From the NCBI GenBank assembly GCA_965116925.1, contig OZ220744.1, forward strand, positions 5,824,001 through 5,888,000: a DNA stretch of 64,000 bases, written 5' to 3'. Shown here in pieces: positions 18,239 to 30,014 of this stretch; the first letter of the stretch is position 1, and the number at the start of each line of letters is the position of its first letter. This DNA comes from Candidatus Poribacteria bacterium. GTDB taxonomy: Bacteria > Poribacteria > WGA-4E > PCPOR2b. Made by a program: the position numbers and the translations under genes. Below the pieces are notes generated by a model. It was not told the DNA's origin. It saw only the letters and a program-made list of their open reading frames with translations, and did no database searches.

Positions 18239-19654
18239 ATGACAGCCGAAAACGTCAAGGTCGAAGAACCTCTGAAAATAGGTCAGCGAAAACAGCTTTT
18301 CGTAGATGATTACATCGTTGCCGAGACATCAAACGTCGCTCGCCGGCTGGGAACAGTTACGAAGGAAGCCCAACCGCTCATGGTGCCCAATGAGCGGGAA
18401 TATCCCCTCTACTTTGGCGTCTATTCAACCGTGCTGCGAGACGATGGCAAATTCAAGATGTGGTATCTGGCGACAAATAGGCCCAACTACGACATCGGAT
18501 ATGCCGAATCTGAAGATGGTATTCAGTGGAAACGGCTGAACGTGGGGAAGGACGGTCGGGATAACTTCGTTTTTCGAGGACACGGTTTCAGTTGTTTTAT
18601 CGACCCGAATGAGAAAGACCTGAATCACAGGTACAAGGGGGCATACGGTCCCACTGGTCGATGGGAAAAAAGTCAGAAGGCGGTGCATCTCGCCCATTCT
18701 CCAGACGGCATCCATTGGACTGCTTATAACAACGGAAAGACTGTATTGCCCCGAACTTCAATCCCTCATCCTCAAATTGAGGGGCGAAGTTACGTCACTG
18801 CATCGGACACGCATAATCAGATGAACTGGGACAGCGATGCACAAGTGTACCGGATCTTCACCCGCGATATTTACGCCGGACCTGTTGAGGGAGATAACCG
18901 GAAAATAAGTCGTGGCAGCCGGACCATGACCAATCCTGACGTGAAAGCGGACCCAACAGGGTGGACACTGATTCAAAGCTGGGAGTTCAACCGCGAGGGA
19001 ACTTCAGAATACAAACGGCGGCAAATTTATGCCCTGACAGACTGGATGTACCAGGGCGTTCACTTCGCCCTGATGAGCGTCCTACGGACCGGGGGCTTAA
19101 TCGATTGTTATATCGGCACGAGCCGTGATGCTTCTCATTGGGACTTAAGTTGGGTTTATGCGGGAGAACCGTTTATTCCTCCTGGTCCGCAAGGCAGTTT
19201 CGATGCGGCGGGAGCGTTTCCCTTCTCGCAGATTGTGACGTGGAAAGACCGCCATTGGTTGTACTACGGAGCGATGGATAAGGGCCATAAAGACTTAGAA
19301 AATCGGATGTCGATTGGGCTAGCGACCTTGCGACTGGACAGATTCATGTCTTTGGAAGCTGGCTCAACTCCGGGCATGGTCATGACCAAACCATTCACAC
19401 TGGAAGGCAGTCACCTTGAACTCAACGCTGATACTTCTCAAGGGCAGATTTCCGTAGAGGTCCTAGACGCAGCGGGCCGGCAGATTCCCGGTTTCGCCAA
19501 AACAGTGTGCCAAGGTATCAAAGGCATGGACGAACTGCGACTACAGCCCAGATGGGCAAATCATGCCGACCTGTCACCTTTAATTGGGAAAACAGTACGT
19601 CTGAGGTTCGATCTACAAAACGCTCATCTATACGCTTTTGAGGTCAATTCTTGA
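18239..19654 (+). CDS. GH32/GH43-like five-bladed beta-propeller glycoside hydrolase-like protein
   Basis: QLFVDDY, KFKMWY, YAESEDGIQW, SPDGIHW, WLYYGA, IGLATLRLDRF, LELNAD. Confidence 0.6.
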   Translation: MTAENVKVEEPLKIGQRKQLFVDDYIVAETSNVARRLGTVTKEAQPLMVPNEREYPLYFGVYSTVLRDDGKFKMWYLATNRPNYDIGYAESEDGIQWKRLNVGKDGRDNFVFRGHGFSCFIDPNEKDLNHRYKGAYGPTGRWEKSQKAVHLAHSPDGIHWTAYNNGKTVLPRTSIPHPQIEGRSYVTASDTHNQMNWDSDAQVYRIFTRDIYAGPVEGDNRKISRGSRTMTNPDVKADPTGWTLIQSWEFNREGTSEYKRRQIYALTDWMYQGVHFALMSVLRTGGLIDCYIGTSRDASHWDLSWVYAGEPFIPPGPQGSFDAAGAFPFSQIVTWKDRHWLYYGAMDKGHKDLENRMSIGLATLRLDRFMSLEAGSTPGMVMTKPFTLEGSHLELNADTSQGQISVEVLDAAGRQIPGFAKTVCQGIKGMDELRLQPRWANHADLSPLIGKTVRLRFDLQNAHLYAFEVNS

Positions 19655-19706
19655 TATGGGTCGCGGGTGTCTTGGTAAGTCGTTGAATGCTTAAAGCTAA
19701 TACCAG

Positions 19707-19940
19707 TAGGACTTACGCAGTTGAACGCTCAGAGCATTGTAGTTCGGCGATTTATCGCCGCCCCGATAAATCGGGATTCAAGGCAGCTGGACACCGTTCC
19801 CAACGCCCGATGAATCCTCGATTATCGGGATTAAGAAACGGGCAACTACAGTAAATCCGTAGGTTGGTAGTAGAGTGATTTATCGTCCGTCGCGACGCGC
19901 AATGAATTGCGCTACTACAAACCTAAGTGCGTAACTCCTA
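19707..19940. mobile_element. MITE with TAGGACTTACGCA-type ends and GTAG-REP-like cargo
   Basis: taggacttacgca ... tgcgtaactccta; ACCAG repeated on both flanks; internal palindromes such as cggcgatttatcgccg. Confidence 0.65.
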
Positions 19941-20010
19941 ACCAGAAACGGTTGTGCCAGGCACCGGATTGGTTGAGTCACGACTATAGTACAACACTTT
20001 GAGGAGCAGC

Positions 20011-20841
20011 ATGTCAAAAGAGAAATATAATCAACTCGTCAACGAAGGGTTTTGCATTTTTGAAAATATTCTGAGCGATGCGCTACTCAATCGACTTAGG
20101 AGTGTGACGGACCGACTCTGTGCAAACATGACGGAGGAGCATAAAAAATATTTTCGTTCTCAAGGAAGCGCGTTCAGAACTTACGAGGATCCGGTTTTCG
20201 CGGAACTGATTTCGTGGCAGTTGTCGCTTGACGCATTGAAATCAATGGGGTTCAAGGATCCAACCTTTACCAGTGGGTATATCCTGAGCAAGCCGCCGCA
20301 CAGTCCACCGCTGTTTTGGCACTACGACTGGTTCGGTTGGGAAGATCCAACTACCTACGACCCTAGACCACAACAGGTCTTCTTTATGTACTACCTGACT
20401 GACACCACACCCCATAACGGTTGTCTCCGCGTTATTCCGGGGTCGCACTACAAGCACAACCCGCTTCACGATTTAATTATGGAGCCACATGCCGGTGAGA
20501 TCTCAGCGGCAAAAGACTTAAATCGTCCTGAATTTTCGACGCGCCCCGATGAAGTCGATGTTCCGGTCAGAGCGGGTGATCTCTTGATTGGTGATTCACG
20601 TTTGTTGCACGCTTCGTACGCGAACAACTCCGACGAACGCCGCACGGTTATCACACTCTGGTTCCAACCCGATTTTTACGAGTTGCCGGAGCGCGTCAAG
20701 GCACAGCTAGCTAGCAAAACACACCCTATCCCCGAAGATTGGTCTCAAGAGGCGCAGGAAATGGTTCGCCGTTTGAATCCAAAGTACGATGGCGATGCAG
20801 AACCGTATGGGCGGGTTCTGTATCAACGAAAGTCCGGCTAG
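20011..20841 (+). CDS. Phytanoyl-CoA dioxygenase (PhyH) family Fe/2OG oxygenase
   Basis: WHYD, NGCLRVIPGSH, LLHAS..RR. Confidence 0.88.
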   Translation: MSKEKYNQLVNEGFCIFENILSDALLNRLRSVTDRLCANMTEEHKKYFRSQGSAFRTYEDPVFAELISWQLSLDALKSMGFKDPTFTSGYILSKPPHSPPLFWHYDWFGWEDPTTYDPRPQQVFFMYYLTDTTPHNGCLRVIPGSHYKHNPLHDLIMEPHAGEISAAKDLNRPEFSTRPDEVDVPVRAGDLLIGDSRLLHASYANNSDERRTVITLWFQPDFYELPERVKAQLASKTHPIPEDWSQEAQEMVRRLNPKYDGDAEPYGRVLYQRKSG

Positions 20842-20890
20842 AAGAAAACATAGACCTTATTGTTAATTTCGCACAGAAGGAGGCTATCCG

Positions 20891-21835
20891 ATGACACCCG
20901 AAAAGATATTGTCCCACGAACCTGAGACGCTCACTCAAGCGCAACGTCAATTTTACTTTGATAACGGATACCTACTCGTTGAAAGTATTGTACCGCCGGA
21001 TTGGGTCGAACGTCTGATCGACGTTACAGACGAAATGGTGCAGCGCAGCCGGTCCTTGGACAAGTCAGATATGGTGTTCGATCTGGAGCCGGGGCACACG
21101 GCGGACAATCCACGCCTGCGCCGTCTGACCAGTCCGGTTGAACATCACCCGACCTATTGGGAGTTTGCTTCGCAGTCAATTATCGTCGATGTGGCAGCGG
21201 ATCTGGTAGGACCGGACGTGAAATTCCATCACTCTAAACTGAATTTCAAATGGGCAGAAGGCGGCGAAGAGGTCAAGTGGCATCAGGATATCACCTATTG
21301 GCCTCACACCAACTATAGCCCACTCACAATCGGGGTCTATCTGTATGATGTGGACGATGATCAGGGGCCTCTCGGTGCCATCGCCGGAAGCCACAAGGGC
21401 GAACTTTTCAATCAATACAATGACAGCAATCAATGGGTCGGTTGTCTTAGCGACGAAGATGCCAAAAGCGTTGATACAGAGAATGTTGAGTATCTGAAGG
21501 GGCCCGCTGGATCCATCACCATTCATAACTGCCGTGTGATTCACGGTTCCAAGCCGAACCTTTCCGACCAAGGCAGACCTCTGCTGCTGAACATCTATTC
21601 GTCAGCCGATGCCTTCACCTACACCGCCAATCCGTTACCCAGTCGATATGAGGGCACCATTGTAAAGGGCAAGCCGGCACGTTGGGCGCACCACGATGAT
21701 CGTCCCTGCCTAGTGCCTCCAGACTGGTCGGGGGGTTATACATCGCTGTATGCGTTGCAGCAGCAAGAGCAGTGGGATGAAGATCAGCTTGAAACGGTTG
21801 CGAAGCAGACCGCAGAGATTCAAAGAAAGCAATGA
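20891..21835 (+). CDS. PhyH family Fe/2OG oxygenase
   Basis: WHQD, GSH, IHGSKPN..R. Confidence 0.88.
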   Translation: MTPEKILSHEPETLTQAQRQFYFDNGYLLVESIVPPDWVERLIDVTDEMVQRSRSLDKSDMVFDLEPGHTADNPRLRRLTSPVEHHPTYWEFASQSIIVDVAADLVGPDVKFHHSKLNFKWAEGGEEVKWHQDITYWPHTNYSPLTIGVYLYDVDDDQGPLGAIAGSHKGELFNQYNDSNQWVGCLSDEDAKSVDTENVEYLKGPAGSITIHNCRVIHGSKPNLSDQGRPLLLNIYSSADAFTYTANPLPSRYEGTIVKGKPARWAHHDDRPCLVPPDWSGGYTSLYALQQQEQWDEDQLETVAKQTAEIQRKQ

Positions 21836-22048
21836 GGTTCATATTAAAAGAAAGTGTGAAACATGAAAACCGTTATAGTTCACTGGTTCATTAGTTCATT
21901 GGTTCATTGATGCAGTTGGACTAGGAAGCCCAACCGACGGGGATAGAAAAGAAAGTGCAAAATGCAAAGAGAAACCGAGTTTTTGGCAAGTTCGGGCGGG
22001 GTAACCCCGCCCCTACGGTTTCTGTTGCACAATTTCTTAACATAAACC
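21836..22048. mobile_element. Composite/degenerate GGCTCAT-family MITE with GTTCATT tandem and REP-like cargo
   Basis: Two left-end copies (aaaagaaagtg..), gggcggggtaaccccgcccctac, right end ttgcacaatttcttaacataaacc. Confidence 0.65.
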
Positions 22049-22154
22049 GAAACAAAATCGGTAAATTGGACATCGTGACGACACCGATAGACACGAAAGA
22101 ACTTCAGGACAAAGGTTACATTGAGATTAAAACTCACAAGGAGTCATAGACACT

Positions 22155-23162
22155 ATGCCAGCGACAGAAGAAGTTCAAGCGATTGAAAAGCTGATGGATG
22201 CCAGGGACCTCATTTCGGAACAACTCAAAAAAGTGATTGTCGGTCAAGAGGAAGTGATCGATCAGATGCTGATGGCGTTCTTTGCAGGTGGCCACTGTTT
22301 GCTTGAAGGCGTGCCCGGACTCGCCAAGACCTTGACGATCAAGACGCTTGCCCAAATCCTCAATCTCCAATTTAAGCGAATTCAGTTTACGCCAGATCTA
22401 ATGCCCGCCGACATTACCGGCACAGACGTTTTGGAAGAGGAGCGCTCCACCGGTCATCGAGAGATCCGTTTTATCCAAGGACCCATATTTGCCAACATTC
22501 TGCTTGCCGATGAAATCAACCGAACCCCACCCAAGACCCAAGCCGCGCTGCTCGAAGCAATGCAGGAGTATCATGTCACAGCGGGCGGAACTATGTATAC
22601 TCTGGAACAACCGTTCTTCGTCCTTGCAACGCAAAATCCGATCGAGCAGGAAGGCACATATCCACTGCCGGAAGCGCAGCTAGATCGTTTTATGTTTAAG
22701 ATTGTGATTGACTATCCGAGTGAGGAGGAAGAGGTCGCGATTGTTTCTTCAACGACCAGCGTTGATGAGCCTGAACTTGAGACGGTGCTTTCTGGCGAGG
22801 ACATTATAACCCTAAATCAGATTGTCCGGCGGGTTACAGCTGCTGATAACGTTGTACAATATGCGGTCAAGCTAGCGCGGGCAACTCGTCCCAGAAGCAA
22901 AGATGCCTCAGATTTCATCCAACAGTGGGTAAGGTGGGGTGCAGGTCCACGGGCGGGACAGTACCTCATTCTTGGCGCGAAAGCACGCGGTATTCTACGG
23001 GGGCGTGTGAATGCGTCTATAGAAGATGTTAAATCGGTGGCGCACGCTGTTCTCCGGCATCGTGTGCTCACCAATTTTCACGCGGAAGCTGAGGGCGTTG
23101 ATTCTGACGCTGTAATCACCCGATTGTTAGATACGGTCCAAGAACCAGCAATACGGATGTGA
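22155..23162 (+). CDS. moxR: MoxR-family AAA+ ATPase
   Basis: [65 protein letters not shown]. Confidence 0.92.
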   Translation: MPATEEVQAIEKLMDARDLISEQLKKVIVGQEEVIDQMLMAFFAGGHCLLEGVPGLAKTLTIKTLAQILNLQFKRIQFTPDLMPADITGTDVLEEERSTGHREIRFIQGPIFANILLADEINRTPPKTQAALLEAMQEYHVTAGGTMYTLEQPFFVLATQNPIEQEGTYPLPEAQLDRFMFKIVIDYPSEEEEVAIVSSTTSVDEPELETVLSGEDIITLNQIVRRVTAADNVVQYAVKLARATRPRSKDASDFIQQWVRWGAGPRAGQYLILGAKARGILRGRVNASIEDVKSVAHAVLRHRVLTNFHAEAEGVDSDAVITRLLDTVQEPAIRM

Positions 23163-23244
23163 TTAATTTGAAGAACATAATTCAGCAATATTCCGTTAAT
23201 TTCGGAGCAGCGTAAAAAACTTAATAAAAAACTTAGAAAAAGGC

Positions 23245-23273
23245 TTGACATTCAATCGTAAGTTTGGTATAAT
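23245..23273 (+). promoter_or_regulatory. Consensus sigma70 promoter of the str/ribosomal superoperon
   Basis: TTGACA-17 bp-TATAAT with TG extension and A-rich upstream element. Confidence 0.85.
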
Positions 23274-23453
23274 TCGCCCTTTGACGCTAACTTAGGATTT
23301 TCGCCTTAAATCAGGCGGAAAAGGGGAGGACTTTATAGGTCTAGAACACTTTGGCGTGTTTTTCACAGTTACTTCGTTATAGAGGACAACTTTGTGAGCC
23401 CCCATAGCGGGGCTTTATTTATGCCTGCACATCACTAGTCAATCGAGGTCGAT

Positions 23454-23825
23454 ATGCCAACAATAAATCAGTTAGTTAGAAAATCTCGGAAAAGAACAAG
23501 TAAGAAAAGTAAATCTCCAGTCTTGGAAAATTGCCCCCAACGACGGGGCATCTGTCTACAAGTCAGGACAATAACACCTAAGAAACCGAATTCGGCACTT
23601 CGCAAGGTCGCTCGTGTCCGTTTCACGAACGGTCAGGAAGCCACCTGCTACATCCCCGGCATAGATCATAATCTTCTAGAACACTCGGTCGTACTTGTGC
23701 GAGGCGGAAGAGTTAAAGATTTGCCCAATGTCAGATACCATATCGTTCGAGGTACATTAGATACATCGGGTGTTGAGAATCGACGGCAGGCAAGATCAAA
23801 ATATGGGGCAAAGAGAGCCGGTTAG
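23454..23825 (+). CDS. rpsL: 30S ribosomal protein S12
   Basis: [20 protein letters not shown]. Confidence 0.98.
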   Translation: MPTINQLVRKSRKRTSKKSKSPVLENCPQRRGICLQVRTITPKKPNSALRKVARVRFTNGQEATCYIPGIDHNLLEHSVVLVRGGRVKDLPNVRYHIVRGTLDTSGVENRRQARSKYGAKRAG

Positions 23826-23836
23826 AGGAGGAAGGT

Positions 23837-24307
23837 ATGCCACGTCGTGCAGAGGTTGTTAAACGGGACGTACTCCCAGACCCAAAATATAATAGTAAGC
23901 TAGTTGCGAAATTTATAAATTTCTTAATGGCTCGTGGAAAAAAGAGTGTTGCTCGGGCGATTCTATATAACAGTATAGACATTGTTGAGCAACGCGCTAA
24001 CCAAGATGGGCTTACAGTTTTCCACGAAGCAATCAACAACGTTAAGCCGGTGCTTGAGATTCGGTCTCGACGTGTTGGAGGAGCAACCTACCAAGTTCCT
24101 GTTGACGTGAAGGCAGAACGCCGCACGACATTGGCACTCCGCTGGATTATCCAATCTGCAAGAGAGCGTCGAGAGAAAACGATGGCAGAGCGGTTAGCGG
24201 GAGAGCTATTAGATGCCGCTAGGAATGATGGAGCTTCCATTAGCAGAAAGCTTGATCAACATCGCATGGCAGAGGCGAACCGAGCGTTTGCACATTATCG
24301 TTGGTAA
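23837..24307 (+). CDS. rpsG: 30S ribosomal protein S7
   Basis: [23 protein letters not shown]. Confidence 0.98.
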   Translation: MPRRAEVVKRDVLPDPKYNSKLVAKFINFLMARGKKSVARAILYNSIDIVEQRANQDGLTVFHEAINNVKPVLEIRSRRVGGATYQVPVDVKAERRTTLALRWIIQSARERREKTMAERLAGELLDAARNDGASISRKLDQHRMAEANRAFAHYRW

Positions 24308-24356
24308 ATTCAACGCAGCGACATCCCAATCTATTGGGGCAGTAATTTTTTATTTT

Positions 24357-24448
24357 GGCTCATATAAAAAGTAACGTGCAAAGCACGAAGAGCGACCGAG
24401 TTTTGCCGAAAAAGCTTGGTTTCTTTGCACCAAATCTTAACATGAGCG
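24357..24448. mobile_element. GGCTCAT-family MITE between rpsG and fusA
   Basis: ggctcatataaaaagtaacgtgcaaa ... tttgcaccaaatcttaacatgagc. Confidence 0.75.
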
Positions 24449-24486
24449 TTTATCTTTTTATTATATCACGGAAAGTTTGAAGAAAA

Positions 24487-26628
24487 ATGAGAGCTACAAA
24501 GCAGAGTCGAATGATCTCTGAAAATCGGCGTTCCATAGAGCAGCGTCGATTTCCATTGACCCATACACGCAACATCGGCATCATGGCGCATATTGATGCA
24601 GGCAAGACAACTGTAACCGAACGGATGTTGTATTATACAGGCAAAGTGCATCGTATGGGCGAGGTCGACGACGGCACAACGACCATGGATTGGATGGCAC
24701 AGGAACAGGAACGCGGTATTACCATCACTGCTGCCGCAACAACGTGCCAATGGAATGGGCACGGTGTCAACATTATTGATACACCCGGACATATCGATTT
24801 CACAGTTGAAGTTGAAAGATCGCTGCGAATCCTCGATGGAGCTGTCGCTGTTTTCTGTGCGGTTGGCGGCGTAGAACCCCAATCGGAAACGGTCTGGAGA
24901 CAAGCAGACAAATATCAGGTGCCACGTATCGCACTGATCAATAAAATGGATCGAACCGGTGCAGACTTTTTCCGAACAGTCGAAATGATGGTTGAGCGGC
25001 TTGGTGCTTCGGCGGTACCAATTCAATTGCCGATTGGCTCCGCTGAGAGTTTCAATGGCATTGTCGATTTGGTTTCACTCAAAGGTCTAGCATGGGACGA
25101 AGCCAGTTCCGGATCTATAATGTTTGATACAGATATTCCGGATGAAATGATGGGAAGTGTTTGGGAGTATCGGGAACAGATGTTGGAAGCAATTGCCGAG
25201 TGTGACGATGACCTCTTGGCAAAATATATTGATGGGGTTAAGTTGTCCGAGGAAGAGATCAAAGCAGGCTTAAGGAGCGCGACGTTAAGCGGCAAAATTG
25301 TTCCTGTCTTGTGCGGCACTGCCCTGAAGAATAAAGGCGTTCAACCGTTACTAGATGCAGTGGTTGATTATCTGCCTTCCCCAATAGATGTACCACCGGT
25401 AGCCGGTGTGAATCCAGAAGTTGAAGAGGAAAGCACCCGTTTAGCAGACGATGACGCGCCTTTTTCCGCGCTAGCATTCAAAATTACAACCGATCCGCAC
25501 GTTGGCAAACTGACATTCCTTCGCGTTTATTCCGGTGTTTTGGCTAAAGGCATGACTGTATACAACAGTACGCACCGTAAATTTGAACGGATCGGGAGAC
25601 TGATGCAGCTACACGCAAACAAGCGTGAGGAACGCCAAGCCATTTATGCAGGCGATATCGCTGCTATTATCGGCTTCAAATCTGTGATGACTGGAGACAC
25701 CATCTGCGATCCGAATACCCCAATCGTTTTGGAATCGATGGCCTTTCCATCGCCGGTAATGTCCATCGCTATCGAACCTCAAACCAAGTCGGACATCGAA
25801 AAGATGAATATGGCACTATCGAAGTTGGCTGAGGAAGATCCAACTTTTAAGGTGCATCAGGACCCGGAAACAGGACAAACACTCCTGTCCGGCATGGGAG
25901 AATTGCATCTAGAGATTATCGTGGATCGCTTGGTTCGAGAATTTAAGGTTTCGGCAGAGATTGGCCAACCTCAAGTTTCGTACCGTGAGACTATCCGGCG
26001 TTCTGCAACAGCCAATGAGCGTTTTGTTCGTCAATCCGGTGGGCGCGGTCAATTCGGACATGTGGTTATTGAAATTTATCCATTAGAACAAGGATCCGGT
26101 TTTGAATTCGTCAACGAAATAAAGGGAGGCGTTATTCCCCAAGAGTATATACCCGCTGTCCGAAAGGGGCTTGAAGCGGCAATAATCGCCGGAACTTTAG
26201 GAGGTTATCCTCTCGTTGATGTAGGGGTGCGATTGTATGATGGTTCTTACCATCCCGTTGATTCTTCAGAGATTGCATTTTCAAACGCTGCTCGGATCGC
26301 CTTCAAAGACGCAGTGAAGCGCGCAAATCCGATGCTGCTTGAACCAATCATGGAGATTGAAGTTATTGCTCCAGATGACTATTTAGGAAAGGTAATGGGA
26401 GATTTAAATGCGCGTCGCGCTCAAATTCTCCAGACAGATATGCACCCTAAATCCGGGACGCAGGTTATTAAAGCTCACGTTCCGCTTGCTGAAATGTTCG
26501 GCTACGTAAAAACGCTCCGTTCTCAGACGCAAGGACGGGCAACTTATTCGATGGAGTTTGCACACTATAGTTCCGTTCCCCAGAGCATTGCTCAGGAAAT
26601 TATCTCGTCGGAAGGATTTTCTGTTTAA
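24487..26628 (+). CDS. fusA: Elongation factor G (exact start uncertain)
   Basis: [33 protein letters not shown]. Confidence 0.97.
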   Translation: MRATKQSRMISENRRSIEQRRFPLTHTRNIGIMAHIDAGKTTVTERMLYYTGKVHRMGEVDDGTTTMDWMAQEQERGITITAAATTCQWNGHGVNIIDTPGHIDFTVEVERSLRILDGAVAVFCAVGGVEPQSETVWRQADKYQVPRIALINKMDRTGADFFRTVEMMVERLGASAVPIQLPIGSAESFNGIVDLVSLKGLAWDEASSGSIMFDTDIPDEMMGSVWEYREQMLEAIAECDDDLLAKYIDGVKLSEEEIKAGLRSATLSGKIVPVLCGTALKNKGVQPLLDAVVDYLPSPIDVPPVAGVNPEVEEESTRLADDDAPFSALAFKITTDPHVGKLTFLRVYSGVLAKGMTVYNSTHRKFERIGRLMQLHANKREERQAIYAGDIAAIIGFKSVMTGDTICDPNTPIVLESMAFPSPVMSIAIEPQTKSDIEKMNMALSKLAEEDPTFKVHQDPETGQTLLSGMGELHLEIIVDRLVREFKVSAEIGQPQVSYRETIRRSATANERFVRQSGGRGQFGHVVIEIYPLEQGSGFEFVNEIKGGVIPQEYIPAVRKGLEAAIIAGTLGGYPLVDVGVRLYDGSYHPVDSSEIAFSNAARIAFKDAVKRANPMLLEPIMEIEVIAPDDYLGKVMGDLNARRAQILQTDMHPKSGTQVIKAHVPLAEMFGYVKTLRSQTQGRATYSMEFAHYSSVPQSIAQEIISSEGFSV

Positions 26629-26723
26629 CCGTTCCCGCTGTTGACATAGCTTGTTGTCAGAGTTTAGCAGTGAGGTCAATGGGTGTTATATTTAAGCTTA
26701 CTAGAATGTGAGGAGATTTACAC

Positions 26724-27923
26724 ATGGCAAAAGAAAAATTTGAAAGGAATAAGCCACACGTCAATGTTGGCACAATTGGACACGTTGATCATGGTAAAAC
26801 CACATTAACAGCTGCAATCACCATGGTGTTGTCAAATCTCTCCGGAAGTGAATATGTAAAAACTTACGAGGAGATTGATGCAGCTCCCGAAGAAAAGGAG
26901 CGTGGGATTACCATTAACACCGCGCACGTTGAGTATGAGACGGAGAATCGCCACTACGCTCACGTAGACTGTCCCGGACACGCTGACTACATCAAAAACA
27001 TGATTACCGGTGCAGCGCAGATGGATGGCGCGATCCTTGTTGTCTCCGCCGCTGACGGTCCGATGCCCCAAACCCGTGAGCACGTTCTTTTGGCACGACA
27101 GGTGAATGTACCAAGCCTTGTTGTCTACCTGAATAAAGCAGACATGGTTGACGATGAAGAGCTTCTAGAGTTGGTAGAACTCGAAGTCCGAGAACTACTC
27201 ACTGAATATGAGTTCCCCGGCGATGACATCCCAGTTATTAGTGGATCTGCCCTCGAAGCGATGGAAGCTAGCGGCGATCCGAATGCCGAGGCGTGTCAGT
27301 CAATTTTAGAACTGATGGCAGCGTGTGACGAGTGGATTCCGGAGCCGGTCCGAGATATTGATAGACCCTTCCTAATGCCTGTGGAAGATATTTTCTCAAT
27401 CACAGGACGAGGTACAGTTGTGACAGGTCGTGTCGAGCGCGGTATTGTTAATGTTGGTGAGACAGTCGAGATTGTTGGACTCGCGCCGACCACTAGCACA
27501 GTTGCCACCGGTGTAGAGATGTTCCGTAAACTGCTTGACGAAGGTCGCGCAGGCGATAACGTTGGCGTTCTGCTTCGCGGTATTGAGCGTGAGGACGTTG
27601 AGCGCGGACAAGTTCTTGCTGCTCCGGGCAGTATTACACCGCATACAAAGTTTGCCGCTGAAATCTACATTCTGAACAAAGACGAAGGTGGTCGCTGGAC
27701 ACCATTCTTCAGTGGCTATCGTCCACAGTTCTACTTCCGTACAACGGATGTGACGGGTGTGATGAATCTTCCCGAAGGTGTTGAAATGGTAATGCCCGGA
27801 GATAATATCCAAATTACTGTTGAACTCACCAAACCCATTGCTCTGGAAGAGGAGCTGAGGTTTGCAATTCGTGAAGGCGGACACACCGTCGGAGCTGGTG
27901 TTGTTTCAGAGGTTATTGAGTAA
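26724..27923 (+). CDS. tuf: Elongation factor Tu
   Basis: [28 protein letters not shown]. Confidence 0.99.
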   Translation: MAKEKFERNKPHVNVGTIGHVDHGKTTLTAAITMVLSNLSGSEYVKTYEEIDAAPEEKERGITINTAHVEYETENRHYAHVDCPGHADYIKNMITGAAQMDGAILVVSAADGPMPQTREHVLLARQVNVPSLVVYLNKADMVDDEELLELVELEVRELLTEYEFPGDDIPVISGSALEAMEASGDPNAEACQSILELMAACDEWIPEPVRDIDRPFLMPVEDIFSITGRGTVVTGRVERGIVNVGETVEIVGLAPTTSTVATGVEMFRKLLDEGRAGDNVGVLLRGIEREDVERGQVLAAPGSITPHTKFAAEIYILNKDEGGRWTPFFSGYRPQFYFRTTDVTGVMNLPEGVEMVMPGDNIQITVELTKPIALEEELRFAIREGGHTVGAGVVSEVIE

Positions 27924-28000
27924 TAACCACCTGAGGTCATTGGTGTATTAGTTTAGTAATGCACCAATGAACCAATGAACCAAATTGGGTTGGAGTATTG

Positions 28001-28312
28001 ATGGATAACCAGAAAATCAGGATTCGTCTGAAATCATTTGATTACCGTTTGTTAGATCACTCTGCGGGTCAAATCGCGGAGACCGCCCGTCGGACAGGCG
28101 CGTTGGTCTCGGGTCCGATTCCGCTTCCGATTAAGCAGCACATTTACACTGTACAGCGATCGACCTTCAAAGACAAAAAATCGCGTGAACAGTTTCAAAT
28201 GCGAATTCACAAACGGTTACTGGATATTTTACAGACGACTCCCAAGACAGTCAATGCGCTAATGCGCTTAGATCTACCAGCTGGCGTTGATGTCAAAATT
28301 ACGCTTCTGTAG
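28001..28312 (+). CDS. rpsJ: 30S ribosomal protein S10
   Basis: [22 protein letters not shown]. Confidence 0.97.
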   Translation: MDNQKIRIRLKSFDYRLLDHSAGQIAETARRTGALVSGPIPLPIKQHIYTVQRSTFKDKKSREQFQMRIHKRLLDILQTTPKTVNALMRLDLPAGVDVKITLL

Positions 28313-28356
28313 GCACACGTCGTTGGACCTGAACACCCTCGTTGCGGAGATGTAAC

Positions 28357-28995
28357 ATGAGTAGTGGAATATTAGGCAAGAAGATTGGTATGACACAAAT
28401 CTTTGACGAATCCGGGACTGCGATTCCGGTCACGGTGGTTGAAGCGGGCCCCTGCCCGATAGTACAGGTTAAAACTCAAGACCGAGAGGGTTATAATGCC
28501 ATTCAACTAGGCTTTGGCTATCGACGCGAAAACAAGGTCAATCGCCCCGAAAGTGGACATTTCCAAAAAGCAAATGTCACACCACATCGCTTTTTGCGGG
28601 AAATGCGCGTTGATAGTACGGAAGGCTTGGAGGTTGGTTCAAACGTTGACGTGGGTATTTTCTCTCCAGGAGACCTCATTGATGTTACGGGAACATCTAA
28701 AGGTCGTGGCTTTACGGGTGTGATTAAACGGTGGAATTTCTCCGGTATGAGGCAAACTCACGGTAGTGAGAAAAACCATCGGCGACCGGGCTCCATTGGT
28801 CATAGTGCATGGCCTTCGCGTGTTTTCAAGGGCAAAAAGATGCCCGGACGACATGGAGGGAAACAGGTGACTACCCAGAATCTGCAAGTCATCCAAGCAG
28901 ATGCTGAAAGAAGCCTGTTACTCGTTAAAGGTGCCGTTCCTGGTCCACCCAACGGACTACTTATTATCAAGAAAGCAGTAAAGGCTGAACAGTAA
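28357..28995 (+). CDS. rplC: 50S ribosomal protein L3
   Basis: GKKIGMTQIF, SKGRGF, KGAVPG. Confidence 0.97.
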   Translation: MSSGILGKKIGMTQIFDESGTAIPVTVVEAGPCPIVQVKTQDREGYNAIQLGFGYRRENKVNRPESGHFQKANVTPHRFLREMRVDSTEGLEVGSNVDVGIFSPGDLIDVTGTSKGRGFTGVIKRWNFSGMRQTHGSEKNHRRPGSIGHSAWPSRVFKGKKMPGRHGGKQVTTQNLQVIQADAERSLLLVKGAVPGPPNGLLIIKKAVKAEQ

Positions 28996-29020
28996 ACATA
29001 CCCTTTGAGGATTATCACGC

Positions 29021-29677
29021 ATGGCAGCTTTAGATGTATACAATCGTTCTGGGGATACCCTAAAACAGAGAGAGTTATCTGACGCGTTGGTAAATGTACC
29101 TATTAATGAGGCAGTTATACATCAATGTGTCGTTGCACACCTTGCGAATCAGCGTCGAGGCACAGCTTCCACCAAAACACGGTCAGAAGTTCGAGGAAGC
29201 GGCAAAAAACTATACCGCCAGAAAGGAACGGGACGTGCCCGGGTGGGAGATGGTCAATCTCCAATACGGGTGCATGGTGGCGTTGCATTTGGTCCAAAGC
29301 CGCGCAGCTATCGTCAACGCACCCCGAAGAAGGTCCGTCAACTCGGATTACAATCGGCTTTAGCAGGCAAATTTCAAAGTGATGATTGCATTCTGATTGA
29401 AGACTTTACGTTAGACGCGCCGAAAACGAAGGAGATGGTTCAAGTTTTGGGGAATTTAGGGCTCGCGGATAAAGTTCTCTTTGTCCTCGGTCAACCTGAA
29501 TCAAATATCCATCTATCGGTACGGAATATCCCGAACGTAAACAGCTGCGTTTGGAATGCCCTTAATATATACGATGTGCTTTGGCATGATAAAATTGTCT
29601 TCACTGAAAGCGCAGCGGAAAAGCTAGAAGCAAAGTTCGCTCAACCAACAGATGGTTTATCAGTTGAGGAAGCATAG
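29021..29677 (+). CDS. rplD: 50S ribosomal protein L4
   Basis: [25 protein letters not shown]. Confidence 0.97.
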   Translation: MAALDVYNRSGDTLKQRELSDALVNVPINEAVIHQCVVAHLANQRRGTASTKTRSEVRGSGKKLYRQKGTGRARVGDGQSPIRVHGGVAFGPKPRSYRQRTPKKVRQLGLQSALAGKFQSDDCILIEDFTLDAPKTKEMVQVLGNLGLADKVLFVLGQPESNIHLSVRNIPNVNSCVWNALNIYDVLWHDKIVFTESAAEKLEAKFAQPTDGLSVEEA

Positions 29678-29977
29678 ATGAAAGACCCATATCGGATTAT
29701 CAAGCAACCGTTAATAACAGAAAAGACCACAATCCTCAGAGAGTCAAACAAATACGCCTTTGTTGTTGATATCAAAGCCAATAAAGCGGACATCCGTAAG
29801 GCAGCTGAAGAGCTATTCGACCTCAAGGATAAGATTGTGAAGATTAATACCATGCAGGTTAGCGGTAAAACCAAGGGGCAATTTTGGCGATATCGTCAGG
29901 GCCGGCAACCTAACTGGAAAAAGGTAATCATTACTGTTACCGAAGGAACAACCATTGAGGCTTTTGAAGCTATCTAG
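29678..29977 (+). CDS. rplW: 50S ribosomal protein L23
   Basis: PLITEKT, ANKADIRKA, WKKVIIT; synteny. Confidence 0.95.
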   Translation: MKDPYRIIKQPLITEKTTILRESNKYAFVVDIKANKADIRKAAEELFDLKDKIVKINTMQVSGKTKGQFWRYRQGRQPNWKKVIITVTEGTTIEAFEAI

Positions 29978-30014
29978 CGATGCGCGTTTGAAGGCTTACT
30001 AGGAGGGATTTAAC

